Below, one piece after another: positions 7,304-15,907 of a stretch of 24,156 bases of DNA. Origin of the DNA: a virus. Its lineage: Duplodnaviria; Caudoviricetes. Position 1 is the first letter of the stretch. Each line of letters starts with the position of its first letter. The position numbers and the translations under genes were made by a program. The notes under the pieces are model-generated. The model did not search any database. It was not told the DNA's origin and worked only from the letters and a program-made list of their open reading frames with translations. The stretch is taken from positions 1 through 24,156 of the IMG/VR virus record IMGVR_UViG_3300034418_002650; one strand, 5' to 3'.

Positions 7304-9057
7304 TATCCTTTATAGTTTGGGTGGTGTCCGTTATTAGGCATATCTTTAGGCATCATTGATACCTCGCTAGGGTTATCTACTCTATACCCAAATTTCTGTG
7401 CTTTATTTGTGCTTACCGTTGTTGCGTTTGGACTTTTAGTATCTATACTCTTTGAAGCACTTACAAAGGTTTTACGCTTCCATTTATGGTTGCAATTTAC
7501 ACCACCTTTATATTTAAAAATGTCGTATGCTTGCCCTTCGTGTCCGTGTCCTGCGTTTACTAAATTAGAGTTCATTTGCTCGATGTCCTCTTTTCTGTAA
7601 AGTTTGTTAGCTCTCATCATTACCTTACAAAAATCTCTTTCTGGTGTTGGGTTGCCTGTGTACTCGTAACGCACCTTAAAATAAAAACCTTCAACTTCTT
7701 TATCCTGTGTACTTTTACTATTTGGTCTTGCTGTTCCTGTACTTACGAAATTAACTACTTTACTCAGTAGGCTTTTAGGTTCTTTAAGTGAGTTCTCCCA
7801 CTCTTGTACTTGTGCGTTTAAATCATCTTCTTTCTCTAGGTCAACATCTCGTTCATCTATTAACTCCCATTCGTTAGGGTCTATAGTTTCTCCAAAACCT
7901 TTTAAAGCGTCTTCAATCTGTGAGCTAAATTTAAGTTGTGTTTCTTCCTTTGCTTGTTGGTCTGCTTCAACATCTTCTAGTAGGTTTAATCTTCTAAAGT
8001 ATAAATCTAACGTAACATTGTTAAATGCTAAAAGTTTATCTATACCCTCAATAATTAAATCTTGAAAAGGTCTAATAGCTGTATTGTAAAAGTATTTACT
8101 AGCTACTTCTATCTCATCTGCGTTAGATGAAAACCCTTGATTATCTGGTACAACACCAACTAACATAGGACTTGTAATTGTATGTCCTACTAATATCTTA
8201 TTTACACACTCCGTAGAAAGGTAAGAGTAGTGTTCGGGTGCATCATCTAAAGGTAAGTCTTCTACCGTTGTTGCTGATTCTGCGTTATTGTTAAAAGAGA
8301 TAATAACCTTCTCCCCTTTTGAACCTGTCAACTTTCTTAGTATGGTTCTCTTTGTTTCATCTCTGCTTTCGGGTGTTCCTGTACCGTTATTAAAGTTAAT
8401 CACCTTAGTACCGCTAAAACCGTTCTGAGCATCGTTAATTAAAAAGTCTGCTATCTCTTCTTCAAGTACACAATAAGGTAAACAACCTTGATAGTCTACA
8501 CTTGAAAAGTATTTTAATCCAACAGAATAAGAGCGAATGCAAAGTATCTCAACCTCTTTAGTAGATGTTCCAAAAGCTGGATATGCTTTAGGTTCAAATT
8601 TCTTAGTATCTGCCCAATTATCTGAATAGTAGTAGTTCTCTATATCTCCATCTGCGTTACACTTTTGAGGGCGTATTAACGATGTAGGTATGTGATATGC
8701 CTTTAATATTTTAGTGTGTGCTTTATTGTAGTGAACTTGTAAATGTCCTTGCCCTAACATCTTTAACTCTAAAGAAAGTTTACGCAAGTCTTCGCTACCT
8801 ATCATTGACTTGAATTGTGCGTACTCGTTAGGGTGTCTTGAAGCGTCTAATGCGTGTAAACCTCTTCCATATATCAAACGTGCCATGTTATTAATAACGG
8901 CATTATTTGTACATGATTTATGGTAACGCTCAACAAGCCAATCGTAGTAGTCGTTACTTTCGCCATACTCTACCCAATCCTCACGATTGTTTTCTACAAC
9001 TTCGGGGGATTGATATTCAGCAAGGTTTAATACCTGTATATTATTTTCGTTAGTCAT
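7303..9057 (-). CDS. portal protein with C-terminal Cys/His extension
   Basis: Portal-like motifs (YGESNDY, NGFSG, LTGSKG, ILVGHTITSPML, IRPFQ) in the first ~360 aa; extra C-terminal domain RDFC...GGVNCNHKW. Confidence 0.8.
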   Translation of the reverse strand: MTNENNIQVLNLAEYQSPEVVENNREDWVEYGESNDYYDWLVERYHKSCTNNAVINNMARLIYGRGLHALDASRHPNEYAQFKSMIGSEDLRKLSLELKMLGQGHLQVHYNKAHTKILKAYHIPTSLIRPQKCNADGDIENYYYSDNWADTKKFEPKAYPAFGTSTKEVEILCIRSYSVGLKYFSSVDYQGCLPYCVLEEEIADFLINDAQNGFSGTKVINFNNGTGTPESRDETKRTILRKLTGSKGEKVIISFNNNAESATTVEDLPLDDAPEHYSYLSTECVNKILVGHTITSPMLVGVVPDNQGFSSNADEIEVASKYFYNTAIRPFQDLIIEGIDKLLAFNNVTLDLYFRRLNLLEDVEADQQAKEETQLKFSSQIEDALKGFGETIDPNEWELIDERDVDLEKEDDLNAQVQEWENSLKEPKSLLSKVVNFVSTGTARPNSKSTQDKEVEGFYFKVRYEYTGNPTPERDFCKVMMRANKLYRKEDIEQMNSNLVNAGHGHEGQAYDIFKYKGGVNCNHKWKRKTFVSASKSIDTKSPNATTVSTNKAQKFGYRVDNPSEVSMMPKDMPNNGHHPNYKG

Positions 9058-9415
9058 TGTATATAATAAAATCGTTGTCGGTTGCGTTATCTACGTACTC
9101 ACCGTTATTAATTGAATACTCCAAAGATGTTCCTGTTTGATTAGTACAGAATATTCTATCTTTATATATCACCGCAGAACCGTTTTTAACCGTTAGCTTA
9201 TAAAACTTATCTTCTACTAGAGTAAACGTGTCTACTATCTTTAAATACGTTCCTGTTGCGTCTGTGGTATCGTTATAGTCTACCCTTGAAAATGTAGGTG
9301 TATAATTAGTTACTACATCTGTACCCTCTTCTTCAATATCAATACTATCTGCTGTGTAGCTTCTAGGAATAACTAGAAAAGATTGTGAGCTTACGCTTTG
9401 TTGTAGTATTATCAT
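9050..9415 (-). CDS. virion structural protein (beta-rich, possible head closure)
   Basis: ORF track; lies between tail tube and portal, behind its own late-promoter motif. Confidence 0.55.
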   Translation of the reverse strand: MIILQQSVSSQSFLVIPRSYTADSIDIEEEGTDVVTNYTPTFSRVDYNDTTDATGTYLKIVDTFTLVEDKFYKLTVKNGSAVIYKDRIFCTNQTGTSLEYSINNGEYVDNATDNDFIIYND

Positions 9416-9423
9416 ACTTATTA

Positions 9424-9444
9424 AACGAAAAATTAGTGAATTGT
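9424..9444 (-). promoter_or_regulatory. putative phage late promoter ACAA-N13-CGTT
   Basis: One of four equally spaced intergenic copies; follows a terminator. Confidence 0.7.
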
Positions 9445-9452
9445 TTTAAAAT

Positions 9453-9484
9453 AGAAAACCCCCACCGATTAAGTGAGGGCTTCT
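9453..9484 (-). terminator. intrinsic terminator after the tail tube gene
   Basis: GCCCTCAC-TTAATCG-GTGGGGGT followed by TTTCTATTTT. Confidence 0.7.
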
Positions 9485-9501
9485 AAGTTGTTTAGTTAAG
9501 A

Positions 9502-10068
9502 TTAAGATACGAACGTACCATCTCCTTTAACGATAACAAGACCAACCGCAGTTGCTAATGCTGCCTCTGTAGTGGAATCAAACAAGTTAGCCATTACAGG
9601 TTCTTTTGCTGTTAGAGTTAAAGTATATCCACTTAAATCTCCCATTGCTCCACCTGTTACAGTTGTACCACCTGTTACGTCTGCACCGAATTGTAATCCC
9701 ATCATCCAGAATTTACCGTTGTTATCCTTTACAATAACTTGTGGGTTACCGTAAGCCAACAATTTAAGTTCTTTGTTATCCGCTAAAGATAGGTTTGGTA
9801 AAGTTAATTCAAGTACTTGCTCGTAGAAAGTAGTACCGTTATCTCTTGAACTTGTTACAGTTTGAGTAAAAGAAGATTGCTCCCCTTTTAAATCGTAGTG
9901 AAATGCGTGTCTTGAACCTGTAGCAGAAGTGATACCCTCACCGTTTGCATTATAAGTTATAGTACTCGCATCTAAGTTTTCAGAATCGTTGATAAAATAA
10001 ACCGCATCAAGACCCCCGATTGAATCTTTACATGGTGTTATTCTACCTGCTGTTATATCACATGCCAT
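9502..10068 (-). CDS. major tail tube protein
   Basis: MACDITAGR..C...GG, NGTTFYEQ and GYTLTLT pattern of siphovirus tube proteins; flanked by terminators. Confidence 0.7.
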   Translation of the reverse strand: MACDITAGRITPCKDSIGGLDAVYFINDSENLDASTITYNANGEGITSATGSRHAFHYDLKGEQSSFTQTVTSSRDNGTTFYEQVLELTLPNLSLADNKELKLLAYGNPQVIVKDNNGKFWMMGLQFGADVTGGTTVTGGAMGDLSGYTLTLTAKEPVMANLFDSTTEAALATAVGLVIVKGDGTFVS

Positions 10069-10091
10069 TTTTATATATTTTTTTAGTTAAT

Positions 10092-10123
10092 AAAAAAGGG
10101 TAGGCACTTTTACCCACCCTTTT
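10092..10123 (-). terminator. intrinsic terminator after the major capsid gene
   Basis: AAAAGGGTGGGT-AAAAGT-GCCTACCCTTTTTT. Confidence 0.85.
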
Positions 10124-10140
10124 ACTTAGTTTAGTTAATC

Positions 10141-11094
10141 TTAGTTAGAACCGTTAGTGATTCCGTAAGTAACCATGTCTTCTTCGTTAACGATTTGAAC
10201 ACCTGCAGTAAATCTCATTACAATTCTTACGTTTTGTGAACCGTCAATGTCTGCCATATCAATAACTTTAACTTCTTGTGCGTCATTCATAAGACCAGTA
10301 CCGAATACTAAGTTCTCAGTAGTAGTACAAATCATTACGTTGTCGCTCATTCCGTTAGCCATGAAAATTGGAATACCATCTAATGAAAGTGAACCATCTG
10401 TGTACCATTGTGTACCTTGTCCTTGAATACCGTTAGCACCCAATCCAGACGCACCATATCCACCCAATGCTTGGATGTAGAACAATACAGCCGATTGTGG
10501 CATATAAAGTTTCAAATCTGGTGAACCGTACAAACGTGTAGGAATTGCAGAGGTAACTAATTGTGCTTGTGCAATGATGTTCGCTGCTGTTAAAGTAGTT
10601 CCTGCAATCTCTTGTGCTGTTGGTTGCCCTGCTGCTGTTAACATCAAAGTTTCAAAACCGTCAAACTCACCTGCGTTAGCTGTAACACCACTCCAAATGT
10701 TAGTTTCGTTCTTTGCTGCTACTTTAGCTGCTACGTGTGCAATAATAAAGTCAGCGAATGACTTAGGAAGTACATCGTGTGCTGAGTAACCCATCTCTGC
10801 TGCGTTCCAATCTCCGTGGAAGTCTTTCTTACAAAGTTGTAAGTTTACTTGAAACTCCTCTGGCGTTAAGATACGCTCTGTTTGAGTAAGTGTTGAAGTT
10901 GCTGTAAAGTCGCAAGTTGCATCTTTTACTACATCGTTCAAAGAGATTTTCTTCAATACTTCTTTATACTTGATGTTAGCTTTTACTGTTACACCATTTT
11001 TATCAATAGTGTTTGCACTTAATAGTGCTGCTGCTACATACTTCCCTGCACTCTCACCTGCATATGAAGTAGTTAAACTGTTAATTGTTGCCAT
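10141..11094 (-). CDS. major capsid protein (HK97 fold)
   Basis: 317 aa after the protease and scaffold; A/G/T-rich; E-loop-like CDFTATSTLTQTERIL; LDGIPI; strong downstream terminator. Confidence 0.8.
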   Translation of the reverse strand: MATINSLTTSYAGESAGKYVAAALLSANTIDKNGVTVKANIKYKEVLKKISLNDVVKDATCDFTATSTLTQTERILTPEEFQVNLQLCKKDFHGDWNAAEMGYSAHDVLPKSFADFIIAHVAAKVAAKNETNIWSGVTANAGEFDGFETLMLTAAGQPTAQEIAGTTLTAANIIAQAQLVTSAIPTRLYGSPDLKLYMPQSAVLFYIQALGGYGASGLGANGIQGQGTQWYTDGSLSLDGIPIFMANGMSDNVMICTTTENLVFGTGLMNDAQEVKVIDMADIDGSQNVRIVMRFTAGVQIVNEEDMVTYGITNGSN

Positions 11095-11124
11095 TGTTTA
11101 TTTTTTAAAATATTATTTACTTAA

Positions 11125-11547
11125 TTATGAAGGGTCTGTTGCTGTGATACCACCGTTAACTCCACACATTCCGTTTACAATCCATTGTGAGTTGTCTACG
11201 TCTGCAATAAATTCAACGTAATCACCGATTGATTCTGCTGTTGCTACAAAGTTGATTTGGTCTTCACCCGATGCTAATACTACTGCAGGTGTAGTACCCA
11301 TATCTGCTACAAGTCCGTTAATGTTATCACCCTCAGAAGAAGATACTACCCAATTAGTAGATGCAAACGCCGATGCTACTACAAACTTGTATCTAAGTCC
11401 TTTTGCTAATGTTGGAAGAGTTACCGCTGCACCACCTGCTGCGTCTAAAGTGTAAACTGCTCCGTTGTCAGAAGCCAATACAGTATAAGCAGCTGAAATA
11501 GCTATCTCTTTGTTGTACGCCTCATCATTTGAATAAAATGTTGCCAT
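11125..11547 (-). CDS. putative capsid decoration/auxiliary protein
   Basis: Beta-rich DNGAVYTLDAAGGAAVTLP...GLRYKF; lies between scaffold and MCP. Confidence 0.5.
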   Translation of the reverse strand: MATFYSNDEAYNKEIAISAAYTVLASDNGAVYTLDAAGGAAVTLPTLAKGLRYKFVVASAFASTNWVVSSSEGDNINGLVADMGTTPAVVLASGEDQINFVATAESIGDYVEFIADVDNSQWIVNGMCGVNGGITATDPS

Positions 11548-11574
11548 TGTTTTTTGTTTATTTGTTTAATTAAT

Positions 11575-12153
11575 TTATTTACTTAGTCTTGCAAACGCTC
11601 TTGAAAGTGGCGTATCATGTTTAGCACTTCCGTACTTGATACCTTGCTTTTCTACTACGTTCTCTGGGTTGTGTGTAATAGGCTTAACTTCTTCTGTTAA
11701 CTCTACTTCTTCCTTAACCTCTTCTTTACTTAATTCTGCTACTTGTGCTTTAAGTTCTGTAATCTCGTTTCTAAGTGCCTCAACATCGTCTGCTGAAAAC
11801 TTAGTTTCCTTAACTACTGATTCAATAACAGACTTTGGTAAAGGTGTTTCGTTTGGTTTATCATCCATTGCTACCTCTTCCTCTTCTACTGCTTCTTCTT
11901 CTGTTGCTTGTTCTTTAACCTCAGCTATGATACCTTCCTCAGCTACTACTAGAACCATCCCATCGTCTAAAAGGTATTCACCTACTGGAAGTGCTATACG
12001 CTCGTCTTCATTAACGATAAATACAGGTTGTCCTGCTTCAAATACTTCAGCTTCTAAAGTTGCTGCTCCGTTGTCTACTGTTACTGTCGCCATCTCTATC
12101 TCGATGTTTAGTGCTTTCTTGATTTTATCAAGTGTTGTTAGTTCTACTTTCAT
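11575..12153 (-). CDS. capsid scaffolding protein
   Basis: Highly acidic, with a coiled coil (VEALRNEITELKAQVAEL) and a basic C-terminal helix; upstream of MCP. Confidence 0.75.
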   Translation of the reverse strand: MKVELTTLDKIKKALNIEIEMATVTVDNGAATLEAEVFEAGQPVFIVNEDERIALPVGEYLLDDGMVLVVAEEGIIAEVKEQATEEEAVEEEEVAMDDKPNETPLPKSVIESVVKETKFSADDVEALRNEITELKAQVAELSKEEVKEEVELTEEVKPITHNPENVVEKQGIKYGSAKHDTPLSRAFARLSK

Positions 12154-12154
12154 A

Positions 12155-12514
12155 TTATTTAATTGCTTCGTTTGCGAATTTATTTGCCTTGCGTAAATTA
12201 TTATAAACTTGGTCGTGTATCTTCTGCTCTGGTATGTCTGTTACTGAAACTCCTAAGTCTTTTGCTATATCGTCTGCATTATTAAACGTGGTAGCCATTA
12301 TATTAATATAATCATTAGAAAGTTTAGCTAAGGATTTTAACTCTTTTGTTGCAGTTTCAACTCTTTCTACTTGTTCCATTGTAGCTTTAATAATTGCTTC
12401 GCCTCGCTTTGCTTCTTTTTTCATATCTTGAACTACGCCCAATTCAACCTTTTCACTTTTAAGCTCAACATCGTGTTTAATGTTGGCTACCTTTTTCATA
12501 ATCTCTTTATTCAT
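12155..12514 (-). CDS. coiled-coil protein, paralog B (VELKSEKVEL...AKDLGVSVTDIP)
   Basis: Shares N-terminal and C-terminal motifs with 13350..13766. Confidence 0.8.
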   Translation of the reverse strand: MNKEIMKKVANIKHDVELKSEKVELGVVQDMKKEAKRGEAIIKATMEQVERVETATKELKSLAKLSNDYINIMATTFNNADDIAKDLGVSVTDIPEQKIHDQVYNNLRKANKFANEAIK

Positions 12515-12522
12515 ATCTATTT

Positions 12523-12551
12523 AACGTTTATTAATTTATCTGTTGTATTTT
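12523..12551 (-). promoter_or_regulatory. putative late promoter AAAATACAACAG-N13-CGTT
   Basis: Same 12-mer and spacing as 13785-13813. Confidence 0.7.
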
Positions 12552-12712
12552 TAGTTCCTTACGATATTACTTGTGCCTTGTCCTGTGGTCTGCCCAATAC
12601 CTTGTGCTTCTAAATCACCGTTACAATTCTCAATAGAGTATTTACCATCTTTACCTAGGCAACCTCTTCTACCACCTTTAGGACTTGTCTTACTTTTAGT
12701 TTTGTTCTTCAT
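12551..12712 (-). CDS. small basic Gly/Cys protein (53 aa, MKNKTKSKTSPKGGRRGCLGKDGKYSIENCNGDLEAQGIG...)
   Basis: Manual translation; good start context; lies in the head module. Confidence 0.7.
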   Translation of the reverse strand: MKNKTKSKTSPKGGRRGCLGKDGKYSIENCNGDLEAQGIGQTTGQGTSNIVRN

Positions 12713-12753
12713 AGTTTAATGAGTTACCACTTGTGGGTGAGTTGATGTTGTCG

Positions 12754-13347
12754 TTAGCCATTGATTATGTTTTTAATTTGGTTTATGATTTCTTCCTCTG
12801 TTGGTTGTTTAGATGCTAACTGCTCAAACCCTTGAAAAGCACCTTCAATACTAAAGCCTAGTTTCTTACCCTCTTTAATATCGTTCCACTCTTCTTCGTT
12901 GTCTATCTTCATCATAATAACCCACTCACCACCTTGTGCGCCAAGTTTCCAAATGTTAGACTTATCGTTATCCTTATCTTCTACCATCCAAGTTTCCACA
13001 ACCGTACAATCCGTTACAGGCTTTTCATGTTCTGCTGTTACGTTTGCTTGGTTAAGGTTCTTCATGTAAAGATGTGCAGTCTTCGCTACCGTTTCCTTAC
13101 TGAAAAAGATGTTAAACTCTTTATCTTCTCCGTTGATCTTCATCTTACGATAAATCTCTTTCTCTGGAACAAGTGCAAAGCCTACTACTATTCTACGTTC
13201 TTCGTCTACTACCTTTAAGTCTATCTTATGTTTAGATAGTGCTATAAAGTTTTCTTCTATCGCTGGACTTTCTACAAGTGATACGGCGAATACACCGTCT
13301 TCTTGTTCGTCTTTGATATACATTTCAATTCTTTCTAGTTTTGCCAT
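12754..13347 (-). CDS. prohead (capsid maturation) serine protease, XkdF/S78-like
   Basis: AVSLVESPAIE, catalytic H in TAEHE, ETW, and GFSIEG motif. Confidence 0.85.
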   Translation of the reverse strand: MAKLERIEMYIKDEQEDGVFAVSLVESPAIEENFIALSKHKIDLKVVDEERRIVVGFALVPEKEIYRKMKINGEDKEFNIFFSKETVAKTAHLYMKNLNQANVTAEHEKPVTDCTVVETWMVEDKDNDKSNIWKLGAQGGEWVIMMKIDNEEEWNDIKEGKKLGFSIEGAFQGFEQLASKQPTEEEIINQIKNIING

Positions 13348-13349
13348 GT

Positions 13350-13766
13350 TTACTTTTTAAATTTATAAACCTTATTCCATGCATCTTGTGCTTCTCTACT
13401 GTATTCTTTTACTGCGTCTTGTGCTTTTAAATAATCTTTATAAATTGGTAGGTCTGTTACACTAACACCTAACTCCTTTGCTTGTTTATTTAACTTAGTA
13501 AAAGCCTTATTAAGTTCTGAAACTTTAGTGTCTGCTATTTTTCTCTGATTAGAATAGTCTTTTTGTAGGTTATCTAGGTCTTGAAATGCTTGATTAAGAT
13601 TAGATTCGAGTTTTTCAGCTTTTTTTACTATTGATTTATCACTTGATATTTTTAAAACATCCTTAGTGATTGCTTCCATATCTGAAACGGCAGTTAATTC
13701 TATCTTCTCACTTTTCAATTCAACATTGTTGCTTTCAAGCATTTTGTAAATCTTATCTAAACTCAT
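13350..13766 (-). CDS. coiled-coil protein, paralog A (VELKSEKIEL...AKELGVSVTDLP)
   Basis: Shares motifs with 12155..12514. Confidence 0.8.
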   Translation of the reverse strand: MSLDKIYKMLESNNVELKSEKIELTAVSDMEAITKDVLKISSDKSIVKKAEKLESNLNQAFQDLDNLQKDYSNQRKIADTKVSELNKAFTKLNKQAKELGVSVTDLPIYKDYLKAQDAVKEYSREAQDAWNKVYKFKK

Positions 13767-13784
13767 ATCTTCTTTTATTTATCT

Positions 13785-13813
13785 AACGGTTAATTGTTGT
13801 TCTGTTGTATTTT
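13785..13813 (-). promoter_or_regulatory. putative late promoter AAAATACAACAG-N13-CGTT
   Basis: Same motif as 12523-12551. Confidence 0.7.
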
Positions 13814-15770
13814 ATAAACTCGCCGTATTAGTCTTGTTTCTATCTAAACTTTGTTGTGTTGTTACGTCTGCACCTACTACGTAAGCCTTTAAAGGTTGAC
13901 TTCCTAAAGTTTCTGCTAGTTGGTTAGTTCCTGTATTACCTACTACATTGAATTGGGCAGGTCTTGCCTCAGCAGTTGGTACAGAACCACCTACACTTGT
14001 TGACGATACACCACCTGCACCACCAAATTGAGTTTTTGCAATAGCTGCAACCCTAGCAATACCAGAAGCAACAGCAATACCTGCTGCAACTGCTGCACGA
14101 ATAGGTGCATCTGGTGAAGGTATAGACATTTGAGAAGCATAAGCACCACTTGCTGCTTGATAAGTTTCTATTGTCGCTTGTGCAATACCTGCTGCTTTAT
14201 TTATGTTAAACGCTTTTCTTTGTTGCGCTTCACTATCTCCTGCAAATACATTTGCTAAGTCGCTTAATGCTTGAAAACCACTTTTAGCAATATCTAAACG
14301 TGCGTTCATTGCTGCTTTAGCATTGTCTATATCTTCTTGAATGTGGGTAGTGTCTGCTTGTACTTGCTCTTCTCTTACCTGTGCTTTATACTCTGCTATC
14401 GTTTCCTCTTCACGCTTAACACCTTCTAGCTTTATGTTACTTATCTCTGCTTCCCATTTCGCGCTAATCTCTTTTCTACGTTCAAAGGCTTCTTGTGCAA
14501 GTATTGTTTCAAACTCTTCACGCTGTTCTGCACTTTCAAAAATACGGCTTTTAGAATCTGCTAACTCCCTTTCGTATTGTAATCTACTTGCTTCTTGCTC
14601 TTTCTTTTCGTTGTCAAATGTTAAAGCTAACTTTCTGTCTTCTATCTCTCTTTCAGTAGCAAGTTTACGCTCTAGGTGTGCTTTATATTTTGCGTAATCG
14701 TCTTTACGTTGTTGCTCTACTCGCTTTTGTTCTTCAATGTCTAAAACTTTCTTATTGTGATAGTAATCACCATCCGCTGCTTTTAACTCTTCTATGTTAT
14801 CCTTATAAGTTTGTAGCTTTTCTTTAAGTGCTTTAGCTTCTTCGTCTCTACCCTCTTTTACTAACGCTTTATACGCTATCTTTTCAGAATCATAGGAAGT
14901 TTGTGCTGCTTTTAACTTTGCTACTCTAAATGTTTCTTCGTCTTTAAGGTTTCTAAGTTTTTGCTTATGTATTTCTTCATCACTTGCACCCTCAGCTTCT
15001 AATAACTCTAAAGCCTGTTGCCCTCGTTTTCTACTTGCTTCTATTAGCTTATCTAGTGCCTTATTATTATTATCTAGTATTTTCCCTAACTTCTCTGCTC
15101 CCTCTATCGCTGTCATTAACTCACCGTTAACCGCCACAAGGTTATCGTTTACACCTAGGAAGTAATCACGTAGCTTTTTAATAGGCGACCATAAGGCATA
15201 TATCGCTGCACCTAACGCTGCTACACCTGCTAGAATTAAACCAATAGGGTTTGCGTTCATTGCTACATTAAGCAACCATTGAAAGGCAGTAGTAGATTTA
15301 ATCATCATACCTAAAGCCTTGAAGCTAGATATACTTTCTTTTATACCTTGCAACCCTTGGCTTATCGCCATTGCTGATTGAACTTTTAATAGTTGCTCTT
15401 CTACCGCTGCACTATCAACACCAAATACCGCCATAGAACCTGCCGCAAGTTCAAAACCTGCCGTTACTCCACCTAAAGCACCGCCCATATTTTGTGCCGT
15501 AGTTTGCGCCATACTATCAATAGCTAAATCTGTGTCGATAATAGCTTTCTTCATACGACCAACCTCGGCTGACATTTCCTTGAAAGTGTCGCTCGTTGTA
15601 TCACCGCTTGCAGCCATCTCATAAAGACGGTCTTCTAATTCACCTATGGCAAAATTTAACGGCTCAAATTCACTCTCCCTTATATCTTTTAAGGAAGCAC
15701 CAAATTTAGCTAAAGCCTTTTCCGCTTGTGAAGCGTCTGCTGTTAGTTTTAATCTTACTTCTTTTGCCAT
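13812..15770 (-). CDS. tail tape measure protein
   Basis: 652 aa, Ala-rich and coiled-coil; hallmark MNANPIGLILAGVAALGAAIYALW. Confidence 0.88.
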   Translation of the reverse strand: MAKEVRLKLTADASQAEKALAKFGASLKDIRESEFEPLNFAIGELEDRLYEMAASGDTTSDTFKEMSAEVGRMKKAIIDTDLAIDSMAQTTAQNMGGALGGVTAGFELAAGSMAVFGVDSAAVEEQLLKVQSAMAISQGLQGIKESISSFKALGMMIKSTTAFQWLLNVAMNANPIGLILAGVAALGAAIYALWSPIKKLRDYFLGVNDNLVAVNGELMTAIEGAEKLGKILDNNNKALDKLIEASRKRGQQALELLEAEGASDEEIHKQKLRNLKDEETFRVAKLKAAQTSYDSEKIAYKALVKEGRDEEAKALKEKLQTYKDNIEELKAADGDYYHNKKVLDIEEQKRVEQQRKDDYAKYKAHLERKLATEREIEDRKLALTFDNEKKEQEASRLQYERELADSKSRIFESAEQREEFETILAQEAFERRKEISAKWEAEISNIKLEGVKREEETIAEYKAQVREEQVQADTTHIQEDIDNAKAAMNARLDIAKSGFQALSDLANVFAGDSEAQQRKAFNINKAAGIAQATIETYQAASGAYASQMSIPSPDAPIRAAVAAGIAVASGIARVAAIAKTQFGGAGGVSSTSVGGSVPTAEARPAQFNVVGNTGTNQLAETLGSQPLKAYVVGADVTTQQSLDRNKTNTASL

Positions 15771-15907
15771 GCTTCTATTTGTTTTCTTTGTCTACGCTTA
15801 CCTTTTAAGTCCGTAGTTAATTCATACTTACCTTTAGCAATGTCTATTAATTCGCTTTGCCCTAAGTATTCGTTTGTACTTAATAATTCTAATATTGTCT
15901 TTATCAT
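15755..15907 (-). CDS. small protein (50 aa, MIKTILELL...IDIAKGKY...)
   Basis: Manual translation; ATGA overlap with the 797-aa gene; its end overlaps the TMP start. Confidence 0.65.
   Translation of the reverse strand: MIKTILELLSTNEYLGQSELIDIAKGKYELTTDLKGKRRQRKQIEAWQKK

Noticed and set aside
11636-12196. 186-aa plus-strand ORF
   Set aside because: Ser/Thr-rich antisense shadow of the Glu-rich scaffold; no plausible start context.
12696-12761. 21-aa ORF MANDNINSPTSGNSLNYEEQN overlapping the protease stop and the next start
   Set aside because: Too short to support; it could be a coupling peptide or a remnant, but there is no further evidence.
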